Shown here piece by piece: positions 28,172 through 37,309 of a DNA stretch of 64,000 nt (position 1 is its first letter; the number at the start of each line of letters is the position of its first letter). The notes beneath the pieces are model-generated. The model was given only the letters and a program-made list of their open reading frames with translations, ran no database searches and was not told the origin of the DNA. The stretch is from the NCBI GenBank assembly GCA_017507905.1, contig JAFWAA010000045.1, positions 5,513-69,512 of the forward strand, given 5' to 3'. The stretch is from Clostridia bacterium (GTDB taxonomy: Bacteria > Bacillota > Clostridia > Oscillospirales > CAG-272). The position numbers were made by a program, and so were the translations under genes.

Positions 28172-30610
28172 ATGCAGAGGAGAAGGAAGATGAAGCAAGA
28201 GAAAACGCAAAGAAAAGAGAAGGGGATACAGAAGCGGATCCTGTGCGGAATAACGGCTTTGGCACTCCTGCTTACGCTTTTGCCCATTGCGGCAGGCGTA
28301 TGGATGCGAAAAGCCTTTGTCCTGCGCTTTCCGGATACGCTCCTTACGATCAGCGAGGAACGCCGATCCCCTTCATTCTATTGGTATTCCTTCAGTGACC
28401 GCACGTCCCGTACGGGAGACCGGCAAGCTCTCCCCGAGGGAATGTATGCGCAAAAGCCCCGTCTTTCGGTACGCTATCCCGAGATCCCGACCGATCTTGC
28501 AAACGCCTTTCTGGCGATCGAGGATAAGCGCTTTTACCACCACAAGGGCGTGGATTGGTACCGAACGGTCGGTGCGGGGCTGAACCGTCTCTTTGGCTTT
28601 TCCACCCATTTCGGAGGCTCCACCGTCACCCAGCAGCTCGTCAAGAACGTGACGGGAGACAACGAGGTGACGCTTCGGCGCAAGCTTCAGGAGATCCTTT
28701 ACGCCCTGGATCTGGAGCGGCGTCTGGACAAGAGCCAGATCCTGGAGTGGTATCTCAACGTGATCCACTTTTCGGATCGGTGCGAGGGTGTGGCCGAGGC
28801 TGCCGAGCATTATTTTTCCAAGCGTGTGGACGAGCTTACGCTTGCACAGTGCGCCTCCTTGGCGGCAATTGCCAACAGCCCGGCCTATTATCATCCCGTC
28901 CGCCATCCCGAGAACAATCTGCGGCGGCGGAATCTGATCCTTTCCGAGATGCGACGGCAGGGCATGATCGGAGAGGAGGATTACCTCGCGGCGCGCGACG
29001 AGGAGCTTGGCGTGGCTCTCTCTGCTGCCAAGAGCGAGGACGGGATCAACTCCTGGTATATCGACATGGTGCTTGAGGACGTGATCGGGGATCTGATGCT
29101 GGAATACGGTATCTCCCGTGCAGAGGCCTCCCGTTGGGTAAATAACGGAGGTCTTTCGATCGACGTTGCCATGGATCCCGAGATCCAGCGCACCGTGGAG
29201 GACTACTATCGGGAGCTTTCGTGGCTTCCCACAAGTCCAAGCGGGGCGTCGGCACAGTCGGCGCTCATCCTGATCCATCCCGAGACGGGAGACATTCTCG
29301 GGGTGGCAGGCGGTGTCGGGGCGAAGAAGGGCAATCTTTTGCAAAATCTTGCCACGCAAACGCTTCGTCCTCCCGGCTCCTGCCTCAAGCCGATCAGCGT
29401 TTACGCGCCCGCGCTTGAGGACGGGCTGATCCATTGGGGAAGCGTCTACGACGACGTCCCCCTAAGGATCTCGGAGGACGGAAAGAGCCCTTGGCCGAGA
29501 AATGCAAACGGCGTCTATCGGGGACTGACCACAGTGGCGTACGCCGTGGCACACTCCACCAACACGGTGGCGGTGGAGATCCTTCGGGAGCTTGGGCTCG
29601 AGCGCTCGTTTTCCGCGGCGCGCAACACCTTTCATCTGCCTTTGATCGCCGATAGCCGAGGAAACGATCGTGATTATGCCGCCCTGGCGCTCGGTCAGCT
29701 CAATCTCGGTGTCACCCTGCGCGACATGACCGCCGCCTATACTCCCTTTGCCGACGGCGGTCTTTATCATCCCTGGCGCTCCTATTTTCGCGTTCTCGAT
29801 CCGGACGGAAATCTTCTGCTTTCCCGACCTGACCGCGCAGAACGGGCGCTTTCCCCCGGCAACGCGGCCATCATGACGAAGCTTTTGGAGGGCTGTGTCA
29901 AGGAGGGAACTGCCTCCTCGATCACCCTTCGCTCACTTGTGGAATGCGCCGGCAAGACGGGAACGACCGCAAACGAGGGCGACCGATGGTTCATCGGCTA
30001 CACGCCCGAGCTGCTTTGCGGTGTGTGGTGCGGCTACGAGTACCCCGAGCCACTCAAGGGAAGAACGCTTTGCACGGGGATCTGGAATGACGTGATGACC
30101 TCTCTCACCCAAAAAAGAGGCGGAAAAGAGCAGTTTTCGATCCCCGACGACGTGATCCGCCTCTCCTTCTGTCGGGATTCGGGAGAACGCATGAGTGATG
30201 CCTGCCTGCTTGATCCTCGCGGAAATCGCGAGGAGGTGGGCTGGTTCCTGCGAAGCAATCTGCCGCTCTCCTTTTGTCAGCGGCACGTGCTTTGTCCCTA
30301 CGACGGCAAAAACGGCGGCGTTGCACACGAGGGGACGCCCGAAGAGGACCGCATTTGGGTTGCCCTTTTGCGCTTTGGCCATACCCGTCCGCCCGGCGTG
30401 AAGGTCAGTGACGCCGAATACGCCTATCTCGGCGATCCGCTTGCGATATATCCCAATCCGGACGCCACAAGGGCTTATTTCGCGCACCTGGAGGGCACCC
30501 CCTTTGGGATCCCGCGCACGCAGGCGCCATACAACCGCTCTTCTCCCATCCGGGATGAGGAGCAAGACGAGGAAGCCCCGAGCGACCAATCGCCCCCGAC
30601 AACCGAATAA
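28172..30610 (+). CDS. Penicillin-binding protein 1A (bifunctional glycosyltransferase/transpeptidase)
   Basis: GT51 motifs (AIEDKRFYHHKGVD, GGSTVTQQLVKN) and transpeptidase motifs SCLK, HSTN and KTGTT. The start is ambiguous: ATG 28172 or ATG 28190, both with purine-rich RBS. Confidence 0.9.
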   Translation: MQRRRKMKQEKTQRKEKGIQKRILCGITALALLLTLLPIAAGVWMRKAFVLRFPDTLLTISEERRSPSFYWYSFSDRTSRTGDRQALPEGMYAQKPRLSVRYPEIPTDLANAFLAIEDKRFYHHKGVDWYRTVGAGLNRLFGFSTHFGGSTVTQQLVKNVTGDNEVTLRRKLQEILYALDLERRLDKSQILEWYLNVIHFSDRCEGVAEAAEHYFSKRVDELTLAQCASLAAIANSPAYYHPVRHPENNLRRRNLILSEMRRQGMIGEEDYLAARDEELGVALSAAKSEDGINSWYIDMVLEDVIGDLMLEYGISRAEASRWVNNGGLSIDVAMDPEIQRTVEDYYRELSWLPTSPSGASAQSALILIHPETGDILGVAGGVGAKKGNLLQNLATQTLRPPGSCLKPISVYAPALEDGLIHWGSVYDDVPLRISEDGKSPWPRNANGVYRGLTTVAYAVAHSTNTVAVEILRELGLERSFSAARNTFHLPLIADSRGNDRDYAALALGQLNLGVTLRDMTAAYTPFADGGLYHPWRSYFRVLDPDGNLLLSRPDRAERALSPGNAAIMTKLLEGCVKEGTASSITLRSLVECAGKTGTTANEGDRWFIGYTPELLCGVWCGYEYPEPLKGRTLCTGIWNDVMTSLTQKRGGKEQFSIPDDVIRLSFCRDSGERMSDACLLDPRGNREEVGWFLRSNLPLSFCQRHVLCPYDGKNGGVAHEGTPEEDRIWVALLRFGHTRPPGVKVSDAEYAYLGDPLAIYPNPDATRAYFAHLEGTPFGIPRTQAPYNRSSPIRDEEQDEEAPSDQSPPTTE

Positions 30611-30652
30611 TACACCCCTTTGGTGCATAGATTGCACCGAGGGTGCAAAAAA

Positions 30653-30685
30653 AGAAGCACCTTCTTTTTCCAAGGAGGTGCTTCT
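30653..30685 (+). promoter_or_regulatory. 10-bp perfect hairpin that sequesters the Shine-Dalgarno of the TspO-like gene
   Basis: AGAAGCACCT (30653-30662) pairs with AGGTGCTTCT (30676-30685). The 3' arm covers the second half of GGAGG (30674-30678) and ends 2 nt before ATG 30688. Confidence 0.45.
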
Positions 30686-30687
30686 TG

Positions 30688-31221
30688 ATGTATAGCAAGC
30701 GATACGGAAAAACAACGGTGCGCGCCTGGCTGACGCGCGAGCTGGAGTGCTCGCATCCGCTCGTGATGCTGCTTGTCGGTCTGGCTTGTCTTTTGGGCGG
30801 GATCCTTATGCGCTCGGGAGTAGGCTCCCCCTATGGCGCGATCCTTGAGCTTGGGATCGGAGAGCTGATCCCACCTGCCTGGTGGATGGCTTTTCTGTGG
30901 AGCGTTTCCTTCTTTACCGTAGGATGTGCGGCAGGCTTTGTGCTGGCCTATCGCTGTGGCGGTCGGGAAGGGGAAAAATACAAGGGCGTCCTGCTCTTTT
31001 TGCTTTTGTATGCAGGGGAGCTTCTCTGGTATCCCACGCTTTTCCTTTGGCAACGGGTGTTTCTCAGCGTTTTGCTGTCGATCCTTCTGCTCTGCCTGAG
31101 CGTTTGGGTCAGCTCCTGCTTTGCCCGCGTCACGCGGCTATCCGGAGTGATCCTGCTTTTGCACGACGTCTGGCTGATCTATCTGCTCCTGCTCAACGTG
31201 GCCGTTCTGTTCCACGCGTAG
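30688..31221 (+). CDS. TspO/MBR-like tryptophan-rich membrane protein (tentative)
   Basis: ATG follows AAGGAGG. Five hydrophobic segments. PPAWWMAFLWSVSFF and HDVWLIYLLLLNV resemble TspO signature regions. Confidence 0.5.
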   Translation: MYSKRYGKTTVRAWLTRELECSHPLVMLLVGLACLLGGILMRSGVGSPYGAILELGIGELIPPAWWMAFLWSVSFFTVGCAAGFVLAYRCGGREGEKYKGVLLFLLLYAGELLWYPTLFLWQRVFLSVLLSILLLCLSVWVSSCFARVTRLSGVILLLHDVWLIYLLLLNVAVLFHA

Positions 31222-31240
31222 GCGGCAAAAGGGTACAGGA

Positions 31241-32854
31241 TCAAGCCTTGTCGCCGTCCACACGGGAGAGAATGCTCTCGTAGGTCAAGCCGTAGCTGTC
31301 GGCAATATCTCTTGCATAGCTCTTGCCGTCCGGCTTCGCACGGGTAATGCGGAAGGAGCGCTTGCCCTCACCCTCAATGCCTGCCACCAGCGTGTCGATC
31401 GCCACGCCGCGATCCTTCATCGAGCGCTCGTTGATGCGATCGATCTCGGCGGCCAGCTCGTGCAGGTGGGTGGAAAAGAGGCAGCGGCAGCCCACGTGGG
31501 CAAGACCGCCAAGAACCTCGGCGGCAATATAGGAGGCCTCGTAGCTTCCCGTGGAAGAAAGCGACTCGTCGAGCAGCACAAGGCTCTCGCCGGTAATGCA
31601 GTCAAAGATCTCCCCAAGGCGTGCGCATTCCTCGCCAAGACGGCCCTTGTCGATGGTGTCTTCGGCACCGGTGGGGAAGTGCGTATAGATGCCGTCCACG
31701 GGAGAGAGGGACGCCTCCTCGGCGGGAACGTACATTCCCAGCTGCATCATGATCTGTGCCAAGCCCAGCGCGCAGGTGATCACGGATTTTCCGCCGCGGT
31801 TCGGACCGGTCAGCACGTAGATCGTTGCCTTTTCGTCAAAGACCAGATCGTTCGCCACGATCTCGTCCTCGATCTTCAGGGCAACGCAAGGATTATAGAG
31901 TCCGCGTGCCGAGAAGGCGTGCTCCTTCATCGGGCGAATATCGGGAACGCAGAGCGGACAGCCCTTTTCCCGAAGGGCGTGGAGCATCTGCGTGCCGCGC
32001 ACGAGAAACTCAAATTCGGGCATCAGATCCAGGAGAAATTCGGTGTTTTCCAGAACGTAGGTCTGCACGATCTTCTTCCAGGAGCGCAGAGACGAGCGGT
32101 AAACGTCGTTGATCGCGCTGTTAAAGGCAAGAGAAAGTGCCATTTTCTGATTTTCGTTCTGCTTCTTTCCGAAGGGAACGAGGTTAGCAATACAGGTATA
32201 CTGATCGCTCTTGAAATTCAGGCGCAGGATCTTGTCCAGCACGTCACCCGACTTAAAGGGCTCGGCGTTGACCGAAAGAACGCCTGCCGAGCTCGGGCGA
32301 AGCTGTGCGTCAAGGTTGACGCCGACCGTCACGCTCTTGATCTCGCGAACACGCTGGGTAAGCTCCTCCAGCTTTTGATTCAGCTCGCGGTAGTAGTCGC
32401 TTTCGGCAAGCTCGATCACAAGCGTCGCAAGCGCACGGAAGGCAGGGCTCTCGAGCTGATCCTTGACGGCGGTCAGGCATTCCTGCAGAACGCGAATGCT
32501 GGAAACGTAAAGCTCGATCTCGGTAATGCTGGAGAGATAATCATCCGTATTTCCGCTGTCCGCCTCGAGACGTCTGAGCTCCTTGATGTCATTGAGCACG
32601 GGAACGAGCTTGTTGAGCATCTCGGTCAGTGCGGGGCAACGGAGCATATCGTCAAAGGTGGCAATACGGTAGCGAATGACCTCGGGATCCATGGTGAAGA
32701 ACTCCGAGAGATCGCGGCTTCGGGTCTCAAGGATCTCGGGAAGGCCAAGCTCCTCCAGAGTGAACATATCGATGTCAGGGGTGCCCACCCCATCCTCGTG
32801 GCGCGCCTTTGCGGCGCTGTCGGGGTAGATCAGGCTAAATTCATGAAAATCCAT
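31241..32854 (-). CDS. MutS-related ATPase (MutS domain V only; no mismatch-recognition or Smr domain)
   Basis: 537 aa. Walker A GPNRGGKS, Walker B LVLLDESLSSTG and FSTHLHEL. The N-terminal ~300 aa shows no MutS_I GxFYE-type motif. ATG at 32854 is preferred over GTG at 32863. Confidence 0.8.
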   Translation of the reverse strand: MDFHEFSLIYPDSAAKARHEDGVGTPDIDMFTLEELGLPEILETRSRDLSEFFTMDPEVIRYRIATFDDMLRCPALTEMLNKLVPVLNDIKELRRLEADSGNTDDYLSSITEIELYVSSIRVLQECLTAVKDQLESPAFRALATLVIELAESDYYRELNQKLEELTQRVREIKSVTVGVNLDAQLRPSSAGVLSVNAEPFKSGDVLDKILRLNFKSDQYTCIANLVPFGKKQNENQKMALSLAFNSAINDVYRSSLRSWKKIVQTYVLENTEFLLDLMPEFEFLVRGTQMLHALREKGCPLCVPDIRPMKEHAFSARGLYNPCVALKIEDEIVANDLVFDEKATIYVLTGPNRGGKSVITCALGLAQIMMQLGMYVPAEEASLSPVDGIYTHFPTGAEDTIDKGRLGEECARLGEIFDCITGESLVLLDESLSSTGSYEASYIAAEVLGGLAHVGCRCLFSTHLHELAAEIDRINERSMKDRGVAIDTLVAGIEGEGKRSFRITRAKPDGKSYARDIADSYGLTYESILSRVDGDKA

Positions 32855-32962
32855 ACTTCTCACTTCCCATGCGTTTTTCCTAAATTTGGTTCACCGTTAT
32901 CTTTAGTATAGCATATTTTTTCGCTTTCGTCTATACCCTAAGGGCAAAAAAATCGCTTTTAC

Positions 32963-32991
32963 TTGACAGAAACTTGAATCTATGCTACAAT
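32963..32991 (+). promoter_or_regulatory. Sigma-A-type promoter (TTGACA-17-TACAAT) for the 33024 gene
   Basis: Hexamers and spacing counted directly. Confidence 0.65.
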
Positions 32992-33023
32992 AAAGCCGAA
33001 AAAACGGTGAACGGAGGTGCAAG

Positions 33024-34052
33024 ATGGCAAAGCGAAAAGCCCATGCCGATGCCGAACGGGCAGGGAACGGCACAACGGAGAAGAAAGCCCCCTCAAATCT
33101 GACCGAATGCCTGGACGGGGAAATGCTTGCACGCGTGCTGCACTTTACCAAAGGGAAAGACGGAATGTCGACCTCGGCCTACGAGCGCTTCCGTGCTCTT
33201 GCAGAGCTTTCGGACGAGCTCTATCTTCACCCGATCCTTGACGAGCTTTCCTTCTTGCTTTGCGAGGGGCTCGGCATCACGGAAAAGCTGACCCCGACCT
33301 CCTGCGACCGCATCTGGAAAAGAAGTGCAGAGCTGCTCCTTGAGGAGGCAGACACCGCAGAAAAATGCTGCACCCTCCCGTCGCGCCGCCCAAAGTCCTG
33401 GCAAAAGGACGAAGCGCCCTTTTCGGGAGACCTTTCCCGACAAATCCTCCCTTCTTTACCCGAGCTTTCCTCTCTTGCCAAAGCCCGTGCCTGCTCCCGT
33501 TCCGCTTGGGAAAAGGAGATCGCCGATGCGCTTGAAGCGTTACGGAAGCAAGGGAAGGAGCATTTTCTCTTTACCGTTCCCAAGGACTATACCTTTGTCC
33601 GTCCCGATCCCTACCACGTCGATCTGGCGCTTGCACAGAGGGATCGGAAGGGAGACTTGCGCGACCTTTTGCTCTCCCAATGCCTGCGTCAGCTTTTCCT
33701 GCTCTCCGCAACGCATGGGATCACGCCCGTTCTGTACGTGCAAGGCAGGGCAGACGCGATCCTTGATGGGCTGAGCTTCCTTGGCAGAAGCATCGCCTTG
33801 CCGCCCCTCTTCATCGCCGCAAAAAGCACCGAGGAGCTGATCGGCGCGATCGAACGGGTGGCGAAAGAACGCATTCCCAACGTCGGCTTTGCGATCCTCC
33901 TTGCCGATCACCCTACGGACACTGACCTGCACGAAACGATCCGCTCGGCCGCTCGGCGCTATCCCTTCGGCCGTCTTTGCTTTATCTGCACGGAGGAAGC
34001 CCTCTTTGCCGAGAGGCGTCTGCGTGACGCGCTCGGGGCAAAAGCCGAATAA
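33024..34052 (+). CDS. Hypothetical protein (342 aa)
   Basis: ATG follows GGAGG, with its own TTGACA-17-TACAAT promoter and a terminator. Only a vague pattern-level resemblance to uronate-isomerase-like folds (FVRPDPYHV), and no HxH metal motif. Confidence 0.5.
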   Translation: MAKRKAHADAERAGNGTTEKKAPSNLTECLDGEMLARVLHFTKGKDGMSTSAYERFRALAELSDELYLHPILDELSFLLCEGLGITEKLTPTSCDRIWKRSAELLLEEADTAEKCCTLPSRRPKSWQKDEAPFSGDLSRQILPSLPELSSLAKARACSRSAWEKEIADALEALRKQGKEHFLFTVPKDYTFVRPDPYHVDLALAQRDRKGDLRDLLLSQCLRQLFLLSATHGITPVLYVQGRADAILDGLSFLGRSIALPPLFIAAKSTEELIGAIERVAKERIPNVGFAILLADHPTDTDLHETIRSAARRYPFGRLCFICTEEALFAERRLRDALGAKAE

Positions 34053-34110
34053 AAAAATCACCGTCCAAGGCGACCGCAAGGGTTGCTCTCAACGGTGATT
34101 TTCTTTTTTG
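34053..34110. terminator. Bidirectional terminator between the 33024-34052 gene and dat
   Basis: A-tract, then an ATCACCGT ... ACGGTGAT outer stem with an inner GCGACC/GGTTGC helix, then a T-rich tract. Confidence 0.7.
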
Positions 34111-34120
34111 CTCTTTCGAT

Positions 34121-34963
34121 TTAGGCTTCGGTCTCGCGGAGAAACTCTCCGAGCAGATGATCCTGCAGCTTGCGCAGAACGGTCGGGGCTTTTCCGCCAA
34201 CGGGCGTGCCATCCACCTCGCAAACGGGAATACAAAGGGCAGAAGCCGACGTGATGATGACCTCATCCGCCTCCATCAGCTCCTTCATCGTGTAGCATTC
34301 CTCGCGCACGGGAATGCCAAAGCCGCGGCAGGCCTTAAGAAGATGTGCGCGTCCCGTTCCCGCAAGGATCATTTCGTTTGCCGGGTGGGTAAGGAGGACG
34401 CCGTCCTTGAGGATAGACAGATTGGAGTGCGCACACTCGGTGACGGTCTCTCCGCGGTGGAGAATGCACTCCCCAACCCCCGCCTCAACCGTTGCCTGGG
34501 TGGCCAGGACGTTGGGAAGAAGATTTAAGGACTTGACGTTGCAGTGGTAGAAGCGCGTATCCTCCATGGAAATACAGCGCATCGGCTTGTAGGTATCCTT
34601 GATCGGCATGGGGCGGATCATGATCCAGAGGTTGCTCTCCTCCTTCTCAAGGAAGGCGTGGGTGCGGAAGCCCGTTCCGCGCGAAAGCTGAAAGTAGACC
34701 CACAGCTCGCCGTCCTCCAGACGTTGGACCAGCTCGCAGAGCAGGGCGCAAAGCTCCTCCTCGGTCATGCGCGGCTGCATACGAAGGCGCGCGGCACTCT
34801 GGAAGAAGCGCGAAACGTGCTCCTCGAGGGCGTAGATCTTATGGTTGCGGCTGAAGGAAACGTCATAAACCCCGTCTCCAAAATAGCAGGCGCGATCCAG
34901 CATGGGAACCTGCATACGGTCCAGCTCGTCAATAACTCCATTGTAGTATCCAAGCGTTTTCAT
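34121..34963 (-). CDS. dat: Class IV aminotransferase, D-amino-acid (D-alanine) aminotransferase-like
   Basis: 280 aa from ATG 34963 (MKTLGYYNG...DRACYFGDGVYD). The track's 81-codon extension overlaps the upstream gene and is rich in P, R and T. Confidence 0.7.
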   Translation of the reverse strand: MKTLGYYNGVIDELDRMQVPMLDRACYFGDGVYDVSFSRNHKIYALEEHVSRFFQSAARLRMQPRMTEEELCALLCELVQRLEDGELWVYFQLSRGTGFRTHAFLEKEESNLWIMIRPMPIKDTYKPMRCISMEDTRFYHCNVKSLNLLPNVLATQATVEAGVGECILHRGETVTECAHSNLSILKDGVLLTHPANEMILAGTGRAHLLKACRGFGIPVREECYTMKELMEADEVIITSASALCIPVCEVDGTPVGGKAPTVLRKLQDHLLGEFLRETEA

Positions 34964-34982
34964 TAGCGGAATGGTCCTTTCG

Positions 34983-37223
34983 TCAATCATGGGTGGTCGT
35001 GGCAAGAAGGGAGGTGAGGAAGCGAATGACCTCCTCGGTGTATCCGGCCCCAACGTCGGCAAGCGCGGCGCGCGCCACGTCAAGAACCGATCTTTCGTCA
35101 GAGCAGGTGGGGGAGTTGAGGGTGCGCGTGGAGCCGTCGGTGTAGACCACGTTTGCCTCAAAGTGCACGCGATACGGCGTGGCATAATCCGCACGCCCGA
35201 TCGCATCGGTGGAAACGTCTATGCGGTAGCAGCCGTCAAGTCCCACAAAAGCGCGGATCTTAGCGGAGCTTTGCCTCTCGATCGCTCCTGCGGAGGCAGA
35301 GGGGGCCTCGATCCTTCCGCAGAAGGAAAGACTGCCTTCACTCTCCTGCTCGATCCTTCTCCAATCTCCATCGCGGAGCAGGGCGAAGAAATGCATATGC
35401 GGAGGCTCGCCCGAGGTGGACAGGGACGCTCCCGGGAGGATCTCCCAATCCAGGAAGATCGCCTTGAAGGTCACGTCCTCGGTCAAGGAAACGGTCGCGC
35501 CCGAGGGAAGCAGACTTCCGTCCGAGCCGAGCCAGCCCACAAAATCCTCCGCCTCGGAGACGGGTAGGGTGATCGCGTCGCCCGAGAGATGGGTGCGCTT
35601 GGTCACCGTGTTCCCGACCTCAAGCGAAAGCGTGACCTCACGCGGCTTTTCGGTGATGTAGAAAACGGCGCAAAGGAAGTAGGCGTTGCTTTTCTTGGCC
35701 GACGCGTTGGGATCGTAAAGTGCCTTTCCGCGTATGACCAGTATATGCGAGGAAAGCGGCAAAAAGTCCGTTTGAAGGGGATAAGATACCCGATCGGTAT
35801 CGGAAAGCGTCTGCCATTCGCCTCCGTCAAGCGAGTATTCCAGACGCTCGATGCCGTAGGAATGCGTCAGATCCGCCGTAAGCGTTGCGGAGCTGCCGTA
35901 TTCGAGCTGCAGAGAGGCGTAAAGCGGGGAATTGACGTGGAAGCTATGGATCGGCGCCGTCCATATCCCCTCGTAGCCGTATTTGGTGTCGGCCGTTGCC
36001 GTGTAGGAGCAGGCTCCGCCTGCGGGATCGGCACAGGGATTGCGGGGCATATCTCCGTAAACGGGGATCAGAAAACGGTAGGTAAGGTCAAGCGTGTCCG
36101 ACTCGGCCATGGACTGAAAGAGGGTTCGGCTCTCGCTCAGGGCGGCGGTCACGTTCTGGGAGTACTGCTTCCAGAAGTTCTTATCGGCAACGCGGCTGTC
36201 CACGTTGAACTTTTGCAGATAGACCGTAGACTGGTAGACGTCCACGTAACGCGTCTTGAGGAAGTATGCGCCGCCGTAAAGCGCCTTCTGCAGGCTGGTC
36301 CAGGAGGGATCTCCACCCCAGGCCTCGGCCATCTCGGGCGTACCCTTTTCGGCGTACTCCATCGCCTTGTAGTAGATCGTAAAGAGCCCTTTTCCCGAGG
36401 CGCCCACGTTAAACAGATTGTAAAGCCCGTCAAATGCGCGAAGCTCCTCGGCCGTATACCCCTCGCTCGGCGGAAGGATCTCCTTGCCGCTCTGGGAGTG
36501 CGTGGTCTGATTGACGTAATACTCGGCCAAAAGCGAGCCGCATTCGCCCGAGATCACGGGGGAGGTGCCCCCAACGCCCATTTCCTGGCGCACCTTGGTG
36601 GCAAGGAAGATCGGGTTCATGGAGAGTTCCTTGCCCACTTGGCAAAAATACGCCGCATAGGTCATGCCGTTCTCCAGAAGCGCATCCTCCATAAACGTGC
36701 CCTCAAGCACGCTCTCCACGGCGCGCTCGTAATCGCCTGCGGCGTAGGAAAGATCAAAGAACTGGAAGATATCCGCCTCGTTGAGAAAATTGCGGGGATC
36801 CATAAAATATTCGACTGCCTCGCGGGAAGCCTGATAATGGCCCGCATCGTAAAGCGAGTTGTTGGTGGGATGACGGTAGGGGGCGTAGGAGGAGCCCGAA
36901 AAGATCAGGTTGTTGTCCTCCTCCTCGGTCTCCTTGTCGATCACGTGATCCCAGGTGTAGGTCGGGCATTGCTCGGTGATCGGCAGAGGAGTAAATTCCC
37001 AGTTGGGATGCAAAAGATGAAGCTCGGTCAGCCTTGCGGCGTAATCGGAGGGAAAGCCGATCGAAAGCAGCTCCTCGTAATAGTCCTGTGCCTCTCCGGC
37101 AAAAAAGCGCTCACTTCCGCTGGCGTAAAAGATGGATCCGATGGCGGCGGAAAGCAAAAAGAGCAGGGTAAGAAGCAGAGAAAGGACCGTACGAGCGATC
37201 CGCGCGGCGATTTTCGTCTTCAT
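34983..37223 (-). CDS. Secreted/membrane-anchored glucosaminidase-like (GH73-type) peptidoglycan hydrolase with C-terminal repeat domains
   Basis: ATG at 37223 follows GGGAGG. N-terminal TM. FLATKVRQEMGVGG...YNLFNVGASG...GGAYFLKTRYV resembles the GH73 catalytic region. The C-terminal DFVGWLGSDGS...VTFKAIF resembles a Listeria-Bacteroides repeat. Confidence 0.55.
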   Translation of the reverse strand: MKTKIAARIARTVLSLLLTLLFLLSAAIGSIFYASGSERFFAGEAQDYYEELLSIGFPSDYAARLTELHLLHPNWEFTPLPITEQCPTYTWDHVIDKETEEEDNNLIFSGSSYAPYRHPTNNSLYDAGHYQASREAVEYFMDPRNFLNEADIFQFFDLSYAAGDYERAVESVLEGTFMEDALLENGMTYAAYFCQVGKELSMNPIFLATKVRQEMGVGGTSPVISGECGSLLAEYYVNQTTHSQSGKEILPPSEGYTAEELRAFDGLYNLFNVGASGKGLFTIYYKAMEYAEKGTPEMAEAWGGDPSWTSLQKALYGGAYFLKTRYVDVYQSTVYLQKFNVDSRVADKNFWKQYSQNVTAALSESRTLFQSMAESDTLDLTYRFLIPVYGDMPRNPCADPAGGACSYTATADTKYGYEGIWTAPIHSFHVNSPLYASLQLEYGSSATLTADLTHSYGIERLEYSLDGGEWQTLSDTDRVSYPLQTDFLPLSSHILVIRGKALYDPNASAKKSNAYFLCAVFYITEKPREVTLSLEVGNTVTKRTHLSGDAITLPVSEAEDFVGWLGSDGSLLPSGATVSLTEDVTFKAIFLDWEILPGASLSTSGEPPHMHFFALLRDGDWRRIEQESEGSLSFCGRIEAPSASAGAIERQSSAKIRAFVGLDGCYRIDVSTDAIGRADYATPYRVHFEANVVYTDGSTRTLNSPTCSDERSVLDVARAALADVGAGYTEEVIRFLTSLLATTTHD

Positions 37224-37309
37224 TCGTCTTACCTCCCTTTGCAAAGCGTTACGGCATACCTCACCGTAAATTTAATTATACCATACTTTTCTTCCGAATG
37301 GAACAGCAT

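Noticed and set aside
34964-35206. 81-codon N-terminal extension of the dat ORF in the track (similar extensions at 14518-14571, 18395-18478, 38494-38586, 46239-46277 and 58056-58085)
   Set aside because: The extensions overlap the upstream gene or a promoter region, lack an RBS and have aberrant P/R/T-rich composition. Internal ATGs with good Shine-Dalgarno sequences give proteins starting at conserved N-termini.
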